Shown here one piece after another: positions 27,575 through 36,635 of a DNA stretch of 40,077 nt. Under the pieces are notes generated by a model. It made no database searches. It was not told where the DNA came from and saw nothing but the letters and a program-made list of their open reading frames with translations. This DNA is from Nitrosopumilus sp. D6. Lineage in GTDB: Archaea > Thermoproteota > Nitrososphaeria > Nitrososphaerales > Nitrosopumilaceae. Made by a program: the position numbers and the translations under genes. Each line of letters opens with the position of its first letter. The first letter of the stretch is position 1. The DNA lies in NCBI GenBank assembly GCA_003724325.1, contig RHFD01000049.1:1-40077 (forward strand), read 5' to 3'.

Positions 27575-27949
27575 TTGGTCGGAGAATTAGCGGGCAATTA
27601 CAGCACCGTTGTATTGATGTTTGGCTTTGCAATAGTGGCAATGGCCCCGGCACTGGTAATCTCTAGGATGCTCTCGCCTAGAAAGCGCAGCAATCCGGTA
27701 AAGTTTCTTCCCATGGAGTGCGGCCAGGTGCCATCCGGCGAGGGCAGGACCCATTTTATGATGCAGTACTATCCATACATACTCATGTTTGTGATATTTG
27801 ATGTTATGGCGATATTCCTGTACGCGTGGGGCAGCGCCCTGTTATACCTTCCAAAGAGCGCCACGCTTCCCATGATCGGCTTTCTTGGGATCATGTTTGG
27901 GGCGATGTCTTTTGCGCTGTACCAGTCCGGGAGGCGTAGAATATGGTAG
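27575..27949 (+). CDS. nuoA: NADH-quinone oxidoreductase subunit A
   Basis: PMECG and YYPYILMFVIFDV; three TM helices; start uncertain (TTG). Confidence 0.92.
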   Translation: MVGELAGNYSTVVLMFGFAIVAMAPALVISRMLSPRKRSNPVKFLPMECGQVPSGEGRTHFMMQYYPYILMFVIFDVMAIFLYAWGSALLYLPKSATLPMIGFLGIMFGAMSFALYQSGRRRIW

Positions 27950-27961
27950 TTTTTATACAAA
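27950..27961 (+). promoter_or_regulatory. Candidate internal TATA box before nuoB (TTTTTATACAAA)
   Basis: Identical to the nuoA element; starts 37 nt upstream of ATG 27987. Confidence 0.5.
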
Positions 27962-27986
27962 CGGCGTCTCATGTGGGTGAGCTGCG

Positions 27987-28511
27987 ATGATCAAGGATCT
28001 TATAACGCCGGAGAACGCAAACGTCTTTGTCGGCAAGCTCGGAGATGTACTAGAGAGGGCAGTAGGAAGGCCGCTTGGATATGCAATCAACTGGGGCAGG
28101 ATATGGTCGCTGTGGCCAGTACACATCGAGACTGCGTGCTGCAGTGTAGAGTTTGGCGCCGCATCAAGTCCTAGGTATGACGTCGAGAGGTTTGGAATCA
28201 TTGAGGCGTTTGGATCACTGAGGCAGTGCGACCTCATCGTGGTGCAGGGAACAATTACAAGAAAGATGGCTCCGCGCCTGAGACTCGTGTATGATCAGAT
28301 GCCAGAACCAAAGTATGTGATTGCAATGGGGGCGTGCGCAATTACTGGCGGACTGTATTTTGACTCTTATAACGTTCTGCCTGGAATCGACGGAGTGATA
28401 CCGGTGGACGTCTATGTTCCAGGATGCCCTCCAAGACCAGAGACGCTTATCCAAGGGTGTATTTTGCTGCAAGAAAAGATCAAGAGGATGAAGGCCAGGA
28501 CGATTGTATGA
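27987..28511 (+). CDS. nuoB: NADH-quinone oxidoreductase subunit B
   Basis: TACCSVE, YDQMPEPKYVIAMGACA, VPGCPPRPE. Confidence 0.96.
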   Translation: MIKDLITPENANVFVGKLGDVLERAVGRPLGYAINWGRIWSLWPVHIETACCSVEFGAASSPRYDVERFGIIEAFGSLRQCDLIVVQGTITRKMAPRLRLVYDQMPEPKYVIAMGACAITGGLYFDSYNVLPGIDGVIPVDVYVPGCPPRPETLIQGCILLQEKIKRMKARTIV

Positions 28512-29275
28512 TGAGCTCCGATAAAGAAAAGGCGCAAGAAAAACCTGCCACCAAGGAATCAGAAGAGAAAAAAGTACCCGCAGCGGATCCCAAAACACCA
28601 AAACCGGCGCCAAAGCCTGCCAAGGAATCAGAAGAGAAAAAGGCGCCCGCAGCAGATCCCAAAACACCAAAACCGGCGCCAAAGCCTGCCAAGGAATCAG
28701 AAGAGAAAAAAGTACCCGCAGCAGATCCCAAAACACCAAAACCGGCGCCAAAGCCAGTGGTAAAGACAGACGAGCCAGAGCTGCCCGCGTTTGAAAAGGG
28801 CATATCTGAAAAGGTGGTAGAAAAGTTTGGCGACAAGATAAATGTAAAGTTTGTAAAAAAAGACAGGGTGGGAATAGCTGCATCCCGCGAGGACGTGCAT
28901 GATGTGGCAGAATTTGTCCGCGACACGCTAGGCTATGATCATGTGGAATCTGTCTCCGGGGTGGACTATCCGCAGGACAAGGAGATCGAGGTGGTGTATC
29001 ATATCGGCTCGTATACGGATCCATTACTTGCAAGCCAGATACTGGTGCTCTCCACGCGCGCACAGCGCGAGGAGATCCCGATTCCCGGAAACGACGCGAC
29101 AAAGCTTCCTAGCCTGCGCGACGTCTTTTACAGTGTAGAGTTTCATGAAAGGGAGATCTTTGAGATGCTGGGCGTCTACTTTGAGGGTCATCCAGACAAC
29201 AGGAGGCTGCTTTTGCCAGAGGACTGGGCCGATCTGCCACCACTGCGGAAGGACTTTGCGATAAAGGGGAGATAG
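28508..29275 (+). CDS. nuoC: NADH-quinone oxidoreductase subunit C with repetitive N-terminus
   Basis: SGVDYP, EREIFEMLGVYFEGHPDNRRLLLPEDW...PLRKDF; ATG overlaps the nuoB stop. Confidence 0.93.
   Translation: MMSSDKEKAQEKPATKESEEKKVPAADPKTPKPAPKPAKESEEKKAPAADPKTPKPAPKPAKESEEKKVPAADPKTPKPAPKPVVKTDEPELPAFEKGISEKVVEKFGDKINVKFVKKDRVGIAASREDVHDVAEFVRDTLGYDHVESVSGVDYPQDKEIEVVYHIGSYTDPLLASQILVLSTRAQREEIPIPGNDATKLPSLRDVFYSVEFHEREIFEMLGVYFEGHPDNRRLLLPEDWADLPPLRKDFAIKGR
28551..28755 (+). repeat. About 3 tandem copies of a 69-bp unit (KESEEKK[V/A]PAADPKTPKPAPKP)
   Basis: Units begin with CCAAGGAATCAGAAGAG at 28551, 28620 and 28689; near-identical DNA. Confidence 0.95.
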
Positions 29276-29277
29276 AA

Positions 29278-30411
29278 ATGACTGCAGAACTGCCGCCCGG
29301 ACTAGCACTCCAAAAAGTCGACGAGAGAATCATGACGCTCAACGTGGGCCCGCAACATCCGGGATCAGGCCACATGAGACTCATTGTGCAGATAGACGGC
29401 GACTATATCGTCGCATGCGATCCCGATCCGGGGTATGTGCACCGCGGCGAGGAAAAGATGGCAGAGTATAGAAACTACATACTCAACATACCCCATCTTG
29501 AGAGGCCTGTGATCCACGACTCGTGCAACGTGCTGTACCCGTATGTGCTAGGCGTCGAGGAGCTGCTTGGAATCGAGGTGCCAGAGCGCGCAAAATATGT
29601 CCGCGTTATCGCATCAGAGCTCAACCGCTGCATATACACAATGTACTGGCTTGCAATATACGGCATCTTTCTTGGTCATTCCACCATGTTTATGTGGCCT
29701 GCAGGTGACAGGGAGCTATTAATTGACCTGATGGAAAAGATGACTGGCGCGCGCGTCACACACGCCTACTTTGTCCCCGGCGGCGTCAGAAACGACCTGC
29801 CTCCAAACTTTGAGGATGTCTGCCTGCGCCAGGTAAACTATTTTGAAAAGCGCATAAAAGAGTACGCCGACATATTCTATGACAACCCGATACTCATCTC
29901 AAGGACCAGGGACACAGGCGTGCTGTCGCGCCAGGATGCCATACGCCTTGGCACCACCGGCTCTGTGCTGCGCGCAAGCGGAGTCGACTTTGACCTGCGA
30001 AAAAAAGAGCCCTATGACGTGTATGACGAGCTTGACTTTAAGACAAACGTGCTAAAAGAGGGCGACTCTTATGCAAGATCAAAGATCCCGTGGCTTGACA
30101 TGCTGGAGAGCTGCCAGATAATCCGGCAGGCGCTAAAAAAGATGCCAAAGTCCGGCTCTGTCCGAGTAAAGCTAAAGCCGAATCCAAAGGGCAAGCTTGA
30201 CTCTGTCTACAAGAGAGTCGAGTCCGGAAGGGGCTCACTTGGATGCTATATTGTATCTGATGGCAAGCCAGAACCCTACCGGCTCAAGATGAGTGTGGGC
30301 TCGTTTAGAAACCTGATCGCTCTGCCGTACCTCTTAAAGGGGGAAAAACTTGGAAACATGCCGTCTGTATACTGGAGCCTCAACTACTGGCCCGTGGAGG
30401 CAGACCGGTAA
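29278..30411 (+). CDS. nuoD: NADH-quinone oxidoreductase subunit D
   Basis: NVGPQHPGSGH, GYVHRGEEK, RVIASELNR, GVRNDLP. Confidence 0.95.
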   Translation: MTAELPPGLALQKVDERIMTLNVGPQHPGSGHMRLIVQIDGDYIVACDPDPGYVHRGEEKMAEYRNYILNIPHLERPVIHDSCNVLYPYVLGVEELLGIEVPERAKYVRVIASELNRCIYTMYWLAIYGIFLGHSTMFMWPAGDRELLIDLMEKMTGARVTHAYFVPGGVRNDLPPNFEDVCLRQVNYFEKRIKEYADIFYDNPILISRTRDTGVLSRQDAIRLGTTGSVLRASGVDFDLRKKEPYDVYDELDFKTNVLKEGDSYARSKIPWLDMLESCQIIRQALKKMPKSGSVRVKLKPNPKGKLDSVYKRVESGRGSLGCYIVSDGKPEPYRLKMSVGSFRNLIALPYLLKGEKLGNMPSVYWSLNYWPVEADR

Positions 30412-31709
30412 TGTCTGTAATTGCACCACAGTTCAAGTTCAGTGAGTTTGTAAAATCACTGCTTGATAATGCATTTTGGATTTTATTCCTAATGGTGCTA
30501 GTCGGGCTTCCGGCAGTCATGATGATTCTCTTTGTAATAGATCTGCCCGTAATAGACGGCGAGCTGCTCACGCCGTTTCTTGCATTTACGTGGTTGGTAG
30601 ATCCAACCCGCACGCTCCCCATAATCCACGCGCTCATGGCGACGGACTTTTTCCGGATCGCAGTGTTTCCGGGATTCGGCTTTGCGGCGCTGCTTGCAGC
30701 AGGCACCATATTTGCAGAGCGCAAGATGCTTGCAAAGATGCAGCTGCGCGTAGGCCCGTTTTACTGTGGCAAGATAGAGGGAATACTACAGTTAATGGGA
30801 GACGGCCTCAAGCTCATCTCAAAGGAGATAATAATTCCTGCAAAGGCAGACAAGCCGCTATTTTGGGCGGCACCAGTCCTGTTTGTAGCTACGGCTGCTG
30901 CATTTGTATCATTAATTCCCGTGGCCCCCGGATGGGTAGTAGCAGACATTGACCTGGGTCTGCTCGGCGTCTTTGCAGTAATCGGATTCTTTCCCATAAT
31001 CACGATACTTTCTGCATGGTCTGCAAACAGCAAGTACCCGTTCATCGGGGGAATCCGCGCACTATTCCAGATGGTCTCCTTTGAGATACCGCTAATCCTC
31101 TCACTGCTAGGGGTAGTAATGCTTACTGGCACGCTCAACCTCTCTGAGATAGTAGAGAGCCAGTCGGCGTTTCCGTGGATTGTATTTCTGCCCATAGGCG
31201 CCATTGTCTTTTTTATCACAATGCTTGCAGAGCTTGAGCGCATCCCCTTTGATCTGCCAGAGGCAGAAAGCGAGATAGTCGCCGGCTGGCTCACAGAGTT
31301 CTCTGGAATGATGTACGGTCTGGTGCAGCTTGGAACGTACCTAAAGCTGTACGCGTTTGCCGCACTATTTGTAGTGCTGTTTCTCGGGGGCTGGCACGGA
31401 CCAATGGTGGTACCGCCGTTCCCGTATGAGATAATCACAGAGGGAATAACAATGGGCCCCGTGACTGCCCAGATTCCAGGACTGCCGCTGTTCACACAGG
31501 AGATGCTCAACGGGACGTTTTGGTTTGTGCTAAAGACTGTGGCCGTCATATTCTTTATCCTGCTGCCAAGGGGTGTCTTTCCGAGGATACGCGTTGATAT
31601 GCTGCTAAACCTTGGCTGGACCAAGCTCATCGGGCTGTGCTTTGTTAACATCTTTATTGCTCTGGGTCTGCTGTACGCTGGAGTGCTAGGACCAGGGGGG
31701 TTACAATAA
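30411..31709 (+). CDS. nuoH: NADH-quinone oxidoreductase subunit H
   Basis: ERKMLAKMQLRVGP, DGLKLISKE, RIPFDLPEAESEIVAG. Confidence 0.95.
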   Translation: MSVIAPQFKFSEFVKSLLDNAFWILFLMVLVGLPAVMMILFVIDLPVIDGELLTPFLAFTWLVDPTRTLPIIHALMATDFFRIAVFPGFGFAALLAAGTIFAERKMLAKMQLRVGPFYCGKIEGILQLMGDGLKLISKEIIIPAKADKPLFWAAPVLFVATAAAFVSLIPVAPGWVVADIDLGLLGVFAVIGFFPIITILSAWSANSKYPFIGGIRALFQMVSFEIPLILSLLGVVMLTGTLNLSEIVESQSAFPWIVFLPIGAIVFFITMLAELERIPFDLPEAESEIVAGWLTEFSGMMYGLVQLGTYLKLYAFAALFVVLFLGGWHGPMVVPPFPYEIITEGITMGPVTAQIPGLPLFTQEMLNGTFWFVLKTVAVIFFILLPRGVFPRIRVDMLLNLGWTKLIGLCFVNIFIALGLLYAGVLGPGGLQ

Positions 31710-32206
31710 TGGGAACCGCCACAGGAATCATCCGCGCGCTCAACTCGGGGATAAAGCACCTGGCAGTAAAGCGATTTACCCTCAGATACCCCGAGGAGAA
31801 GCTAAAATTTGTGGGAGATGGCTATCAGTTTGACCCGTCTACCGGAGTAGGAATAGCAGGACTCAAGGGTCGCCACATGCTGTTTCACGACCACTGCACT
31901 GGCTGCCAGTTGTGCTCTATTGCATGCGAGGGCGTGGCCGAGGCAATAGCAATGGTAAAGGTGCCAGAGGATCAAAAGCAGAACAAAAAGTCCATAATGC
32001 CGCAGATAGACTATGGCAAGTGCGTCTTTTGCGGCCTGTGCGTTGATGCGTGCCCGTTTTACGCGCTATACATGACAAACGACTATGAGCTCTCCTCGTT
32101 TTCAAAGGAGGGGCTGATATACACGCCTGCCCAGCTGCAGGTAAAGCCGTTTGTATCACAGGACAGCGAGATACAGATCACAGACAGGGGTGCATCACAT
32201 GGCTGA
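31709..32206 (+). CDS. nuoI: NADH-quinone oxidoreductase subunit I
   Basis: TLRYPEE and two 4Fe-4S motifs CTGCQLCSIAC, CVFCGLCVDACP. Confidence 0.95.
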   Translation: MGTATGIIRALNSGIKHLAVKRFTLRYPEEKLKFVGDGYQFDPSTGVGIAGLKGRHMLFHDHCTGCQLCSIACEGVAEAIAMVKVPEDQKQNKKSIMPQIDYGKCVFCGLCVDACPFYALYMTNDYELSSFSKEGLIYTPAQLQVKPFVSQDSEIQITDRGASHG

Positions 32207-32711
32207 TGCTGTATTTCTGGGTCTGACAGTAATTACAATCGGCTCTGCAATAGCCGCCCTTGAACTAAGATCACTCATATACGGATCCATTGCCCTGATG
32301 GGAACACTCGGGGGGATTGCCGGCTTTTTTCTATTACTTGATGCGCCATTTGTGGCCCTGTTTCAGATTGCAGTATATGTCGGCTCGATTGCAGTACTGA
32401 TACTATTTACAGTAATGCTCGTAAAACGCGAGCTCATATTCAAAAAGATTGAAGACAGGCGCAGAAAATTCGCGGGAATCGGGCTCATGCTGGTAACAAT
32501 GATGTCACTTGGCGCCATATTTCTTGAATCCGGGATAAAGGACATAACTACAGACGAGCCGGCAGTTGATTTCAGAGATATAGGTGCTGACTTTGTCACG
32601 TACTATTGGCCCGCACTAATTGCAATGGCGCTGATACTTGCGGGATCCGTGACGGGGGCGCTGGTTCTGGCAAGACGTGAGGATGTGGAGAATGACCAGC
32701 GAGCTAGTTGA
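32199..32711 (+). CDS. nuoJ: NADH-quinone oxidoreductase subunit J
   Basis: FVALFQIAVYVGSIAVLILFTVML; ATG at 32199. Confidence 0.93.
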   Translation: MADAVFLGLTVITIGSAIAALELRSLIYGSIALMGTLGGIAGFFLLLDAPFVALFQIAVYVGSIAVLILFTVMLVKRELIFKKIEDRRRKFAGIGLMLVTMMSLGAIFLESGIKDITTDEPAVDFRDIGADFVTYYWPALIAMALILAGSVTGALVLARREDVENDQRAS

Positions 32712-32997
32712 CTATGCGCTTGTCTCAGTGGCGCTATTAGGAATAGGAATCTACGGCCTTGCAGTAAAGCGCAACTTTATCCGCATGCTGTTTGCAGTCG
32801 AGATAATAATAAACGCGGCAAATCTCAACCTGGTGGCATTTGCGCGGTTCCTGCCTGACAGCTCTGGACAGACACTTGCGCTATTTTCAATAGCAATAGC
32901 TGCAGCAGAGGTGGCAGTCGGACTCTCACTTATCATAGTGGCATACAGAATGTACCAAAACGTAGACATTGCCGACTTTAGGAGCCTGAAGGGATAA
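32692..32997 (+). CDS. nuoK: NADH-quinone oxidoreductase subunit K
   Basis: RNFIRMLFAVEIIINAANLN, IAAAEVAVGL. Confidence 0.94.
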   Translation: MTSELVDYALVSVALLGIGIYGLAVKRNFIRMLFAVEIIINAANLNLVAFARFLPDSSGQTLALFSIAIAAAEVAVGLSLIIVAYRMYQNVDIADFRSLKG

Positions 32998-34550
32998 TGG
33001 AATATGCACTACTACAGGCAATCTTCTTGCCTTTATTGCTGTCACCTGTAGCATATCTGATAGGCAAAAAGGCAGGTCCCACGCCTGCCATGTGGTTTAC
33101 ATTTGCAGTCTTGCTATATGTGACAGTACTGATAATAACATCTGCGCTATCTGGCACCACAGAAGAGCACTATCCGTGGACTAGCCTCTTTGGAGAGTTT
33201 GGACTATTACTTGACGGTCTTGCATCGCCGTTTGCAATAATCATCTATGTATTGTGTACAATACTTGTGCTCTACTCAAAACCGTACATGATTCACAAGT
33301 TTCAAGAGCAGTTCCAAGAAGAGCGCGGAGTACACGTGACTGCGGCAGGCCAAACATCAGTAGTAGAGTCATCAGGTGTATCAGAGTACATTAGCGCAAA
33401 GTCGGGGCTCTACTTTGCCCTGTATCTCGTGTTTGCAATGGGGATGATGGGGACAGTCCTCTCGACAAACCTGATCGAGTTTTATCTGTTCTTTGAATTC
33501 ATGCTGATTCCAGGATTCTTCCTGGTGGCACTGTGGGGTGATGGGCCGCGCAGAAAGATAGGCATCATGTTTTTGCTCTGGACGCATGCGGGCGCAGTCG
33601 TGCTGTTGCTGGGATTTTTGATGATAGGACTGACAATAGGAAGCTTTGATTTTGCAGACATTCGCGAGTCAGAGATACCGCAGGATGTGGTGCTGCTTTC
33701 TGCAGTGGCAATCACGATAGGACTTGGCGTAAAGCTTGCAGTGTTTATGTTTCACATATGGCTGCCGTACGTCCACGGCTCTGCGCCCACCCCGATAAGC
33801 GCCCTCTTGTCACCTGCAATGATAGGAATAGGGGCGTATGGAATATTCCGGCTGATTGTAGAGTTTCTTCCCTCTACGTTTGCAGACCTTGCCATATGGT
33901 TTCACATATGGGGTCTTGTCACCATGATTTACGGCGGCGCAATGGCCCTGATGCAAGACGACATAAAGCGACTCCTTGCGTACTCGAGTATCAGCCAGAT
34001 GGGGTACCTGCTGTTTGGAATCGGCTCGCTATCTGTGCTAGGCCTTGCAGGCGCAGAGATGATGTATGTGACGCACGCGCTTGGAAAGGGCATTTTATTC
34101 ATGATGGCCGGAATAATAATTCTAAAAGTGGGCACAAGAAGCCTCTCAAAGCTTGGCGGGCTTGCAGGCAAGATGCCAATAACTGCAGTATGCGCCGTGA
34201 TAGGGGCGCTTACTATAGCAGGTGTCCCGCCAACTAGCGGCTTTATGGGCGAGTGGATTTTATTTTATGGCGCACTAGAGACGGCAGTCGAGGAGGGCTC
34301 GATGCTCAGGATGGTCACATTTGGCCTGGGATTGCTTGCAACAGTACTGACAATGTCGTACATGCTCTGGATGCTAAAGCGCATATTCTTTGGCAAGACG
34401 CCAGAGCATCTTGAAAATGTAAAAGAGGCAAGCTGGTACATGACTGCGCCAATGATGGTGCTTGCAGGCTTTACAATAGTAGTGGGAATATACCCGGATA
34501 TCTTTTTAGAAAAGATAATTCCGTATATGAGCGGGGTGCTGGGGGCGTAA
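32997..34550 (+). CDS. nuoM: NADH-quinone oxidoreductase subunit M
   Basis: FHIWLPYVHGSAPTP, DIKRLLAYSSISQMG, PPTSGFMGE. Confidence 0.92.
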   Translation: MEYALLQAIFLPLLLSPVAYLIGKKAGPTPAMWFTFAVLLYVTVLIITSALSGTTEEHYPWTSLFGEFGLLLDGLASPFAIIIYVLCTILVLYSKPYMIHKFQEQFQEERGVHVTAAGQTSVVESSGVSEYISAKSGLYFALYLVFAMGMMGTVLSTNLIEFYLFFEFMLIPGFFLVALWGDGPRRKIGIMFLLWTHAGAVVLLLGFLMIGLTIGSFDFADIRESEIPQDVVLLSAVAITIGLGVKLAVFMFHIWLPYVHGSAPTPISALLSPAMIGIGAYGIFRLIVEFLPSTFADLAIWFHIWGLVTMIYGGAMALMQDDIKRLLAYSSISQMGYLLFGIGSLSVLGLAGAEMMYVTHALGKGILFMMAGIIILKVGTRSLSKLGGLAGKMPITAVCAVIGALTIAGVPPTSGFMGEWILFYGALETAVEEGSMLRMVTFGLGLLATVLTMSYMLWMLKRIFFGKTPEHLENVKEASWYMTAPMMVLAGFTIVVGIYPDIFLEKIIPYMSGVLGA

Positions 34551-34553
34551 TAC

Positions 34554-36629
34554 ATGGCTGCTGAACTGGGACTCCCGTTTGAAGCAAGCGCGCTTGGGGC
34601 GTGGCTTGTCTGGATTCTGCCGTTTGCAGCGGCGCTGATAATTCCCGGGATCGCAAAGTTCTCAAAGCATGCGACAGGATATGTGGCAGTCGCCTTTGCC
34701 CTGATGAGCGCCCTGTCTGCTGCCTCGCTGATTCCCACCGTGCTAGAATCCCAAGAGATACACCACCAGATATCGTGGATAGAGTCAATCGGGCTCAAGG
34801 CCGGCGTCCTGGCAGACCCGCTGTCGATAATCATGACAAATGTAGTGGCATGGATATCTTTTCTGATAATGATATACAGCACTGGCTATATGCGCGGAGA
34901 CAAGGACATTGCAAGGTTTTGGTTTTGGATGCTCTTTTTTATCGGCTCGATGCAGCTAATAGTGCTCTCTGATAACCTGCTCCAGGTCTTCTTTGGATGG
35001 GAGGGAGTGGGGCTTGCATCGTATGCGCTGATAAGCTTTTGGTACCGCGACAAGAAAAAAGACCACGTCGGAACAGAGGGAAGGACAGTCCTTGGAATGC
35101 TTGACTATTATTCTCCAACACATGCTGGCATGAAGGCATTTGTGATGACAAAGGTCGGAGACATTATGATGCTTGCAGGAATGTTCCTCATATTCGTATT
35201 TGCCGGCACGTTTGGATTCAAAGAGCTAGTCGGGGATACGGGATGGGCTGCAGAAATGGCCGCGCAGGGACTGCTAGTTCCCGCATTTGTACTGCTGTTT
35301 GGCGGCGCCATTGGCAAGTCCGCACAGTTTCCGCTAAATGAGTGGCTTTTAGAGGCCATGACCGGCCCCACTGCAGTCTCTGCCCTGATTCATGCGGCCA
35401 CCATGGTAAAGGCAGGCGTGTTTTTGGTTGCAAGAATAGGCCCCATTGTATTTACGCTGGCAGCAGCAGGTCTGCTTGCAGAGCAGTTCTTTGAGATTGT
35501 TGCCTGGGTTGGCGCCATTACTGCACTGCTACTTGCCACGCAGGGAATGGTGAATCCAGAGATAAAAAAAGTCCTCGCATACTCGACTGGCTCGCAGATA
35601 GGATACATGATGATGGCGCTCGGAGTGGCAGGGCTCTCGCACCAGTATGTGGACGGGTACACTGCAGGATTCTTCCATCTCATATCGCATGCAATGTTCA
35701 AGGCATCACTATTCATGGCAGCAGGCTCGCTTTTGCACGTGGTGGGATCCCGGTTCATGACAGACATGGGAGGCCTGCGCAAGCAGATGAAAAAGACGTA
35801 CATCTTCATGTGGGCTGCAGGACTGGGGCTCATGGGGGCGCCATTTATCACTACTGGCTTTTGGAGCAAGGATGCAATATTTGCGGCAGTCTACGAGTCA
35901 GGAAACGGGTGGGCGCTTCCACTTTACATTATTGCCGTGCTGACTGCGGTAATTACTGCATTTTACACCACGAGGATGATAGGCATGGTATTTTATGGTC
36001 AAAAAAGCAAGCACATTGAAAAGATGGAGAAAAAGGGCCACCACATACACGAGGCACCACTTTCCATGTGGGCCCCGTACGGAATTCTTGCAGTACTCAC
36101 CATAGGAGTCGGCATAATCGGCCTGTCTGCAGAAGAAGGACTACACCACACGTTTACAGAGTATCTGGATAACTCGTTTGGAATACACACAGAGCACGCT
36201 GCAGCAGAGGCCTCGATACTGCCAGAGTTTCTGCAGGGTTTGAACCCCGTGGCGCTCGGCTCGTCGCTTATTGCGTTTGGGGCAGGGTTTGGACTCGGGT
36301 ACATATTTTACATTGCAAGGTGGGTGGATCCGGCAAAGTTTGTAAGCTCGAATATCTTTTTTTACGCACTCCACAAGCTGTTTCTCAACAGGTGGTACCT
36401 TAATGCAATGATATACTGGTGCTTTGTTGCCGCACCGCTCTGGCTTGCAAGAGGGGTCTTTAGGTACTTTGAGCAGACGGCAATCGACTATGGCATGAAC
36501 GTCGGGCTCCCGAGGGCAGCCGGATGGGGTGCAAAGGTACTACAGGGCACCCAGACGGGAGTGGCGCAGTCGTACCTGTTTGTGTTTGGAGCTGGACTAT
36601 TATTCATAGTCCTGATACTGATGATATAG
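34554..36629 (+). CDS. nuoL: NADH-quinone oxidoreductase subunit L
   Basis: YSTGYM, GWEGVG, GKSAQFPL, AMTGPTAVSALIHAATMV, HAMFKASLF. Confidence 0.94.
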   Translation: MAAELGLPFEASALGAWLVWILPFAAALIIPGIAKFSKHATGYVAVAFALMSALSAASLIPTVLESQEIHHQISWIESIGLKAGVLADPLSIIMTNVVAWISFLIMIYSTGYMRGDKDIARFWFWMLFFIGSMQLIVLSDNLLQVFFGWEGVGLASYALISFWYRDKKKDHVGTEGRTVLGMLDYYSPTHAGMKAFVMTKVGDIMMLAGMFLIFVFAGTFGFKELVGDTGWAAEMAAQGLLVPAFVLLFGGAIGKSAQFPLNEWLLEAMTGPTAVSALIHAATMVKAGVFLVARIGPIVFTLAAAGLLAEQFFEIVAWVGAITALLLATQGMVNPEIKKVLAYSTGSQIGYMMMALGVAGLSHQYVDGYTAGFFHLISHAMFKASLFMAAGSLLHVVGSRFMTDMGGLRKQMKKTYIFMWAAGLGLMGAPFITTGFWSKDAIFAAVYESGNGWALPLYIIAVLTAVITAFYTTRMIGMVFYGQKSKHIEKMEKKGHHIHEAPLSMWAPYGILAVLTIGVGIIGLSAEEGLHHTFTEYLDNSFGIHTEHAAAEASILPEFLQGLNPVALGSSLIAFGAGFGLGYIFYIARWVDPAKFVSSNIFFYALHKLFLNRWYLNAMIYWCFVAAPLWLARGVFRYFEQTAIDYGMNVGLPRAAGWGAKVLQGTQTGVAQSYLFVFGAGLLFIVLILMI

Positions 36630-36635
36630 GAGGGG

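Noticed and set aside
28551-28755. Possible CRISPR-like array
   Set aside because: Contiguous in-frame repeats with no unique spacers and no cas genes.
28215-29102. 295-aa antisense ORF with hydrophobic repeats
   Set aside because: Reverse reading of the nuoC tandem repeat, overlapping nuoB and nuoC.
30761-31759. 332-aa antisense ORF
   Set aside because: Shadow of nuoH; no motif, and the composition is what is expected opposite a hydrophobic gene.
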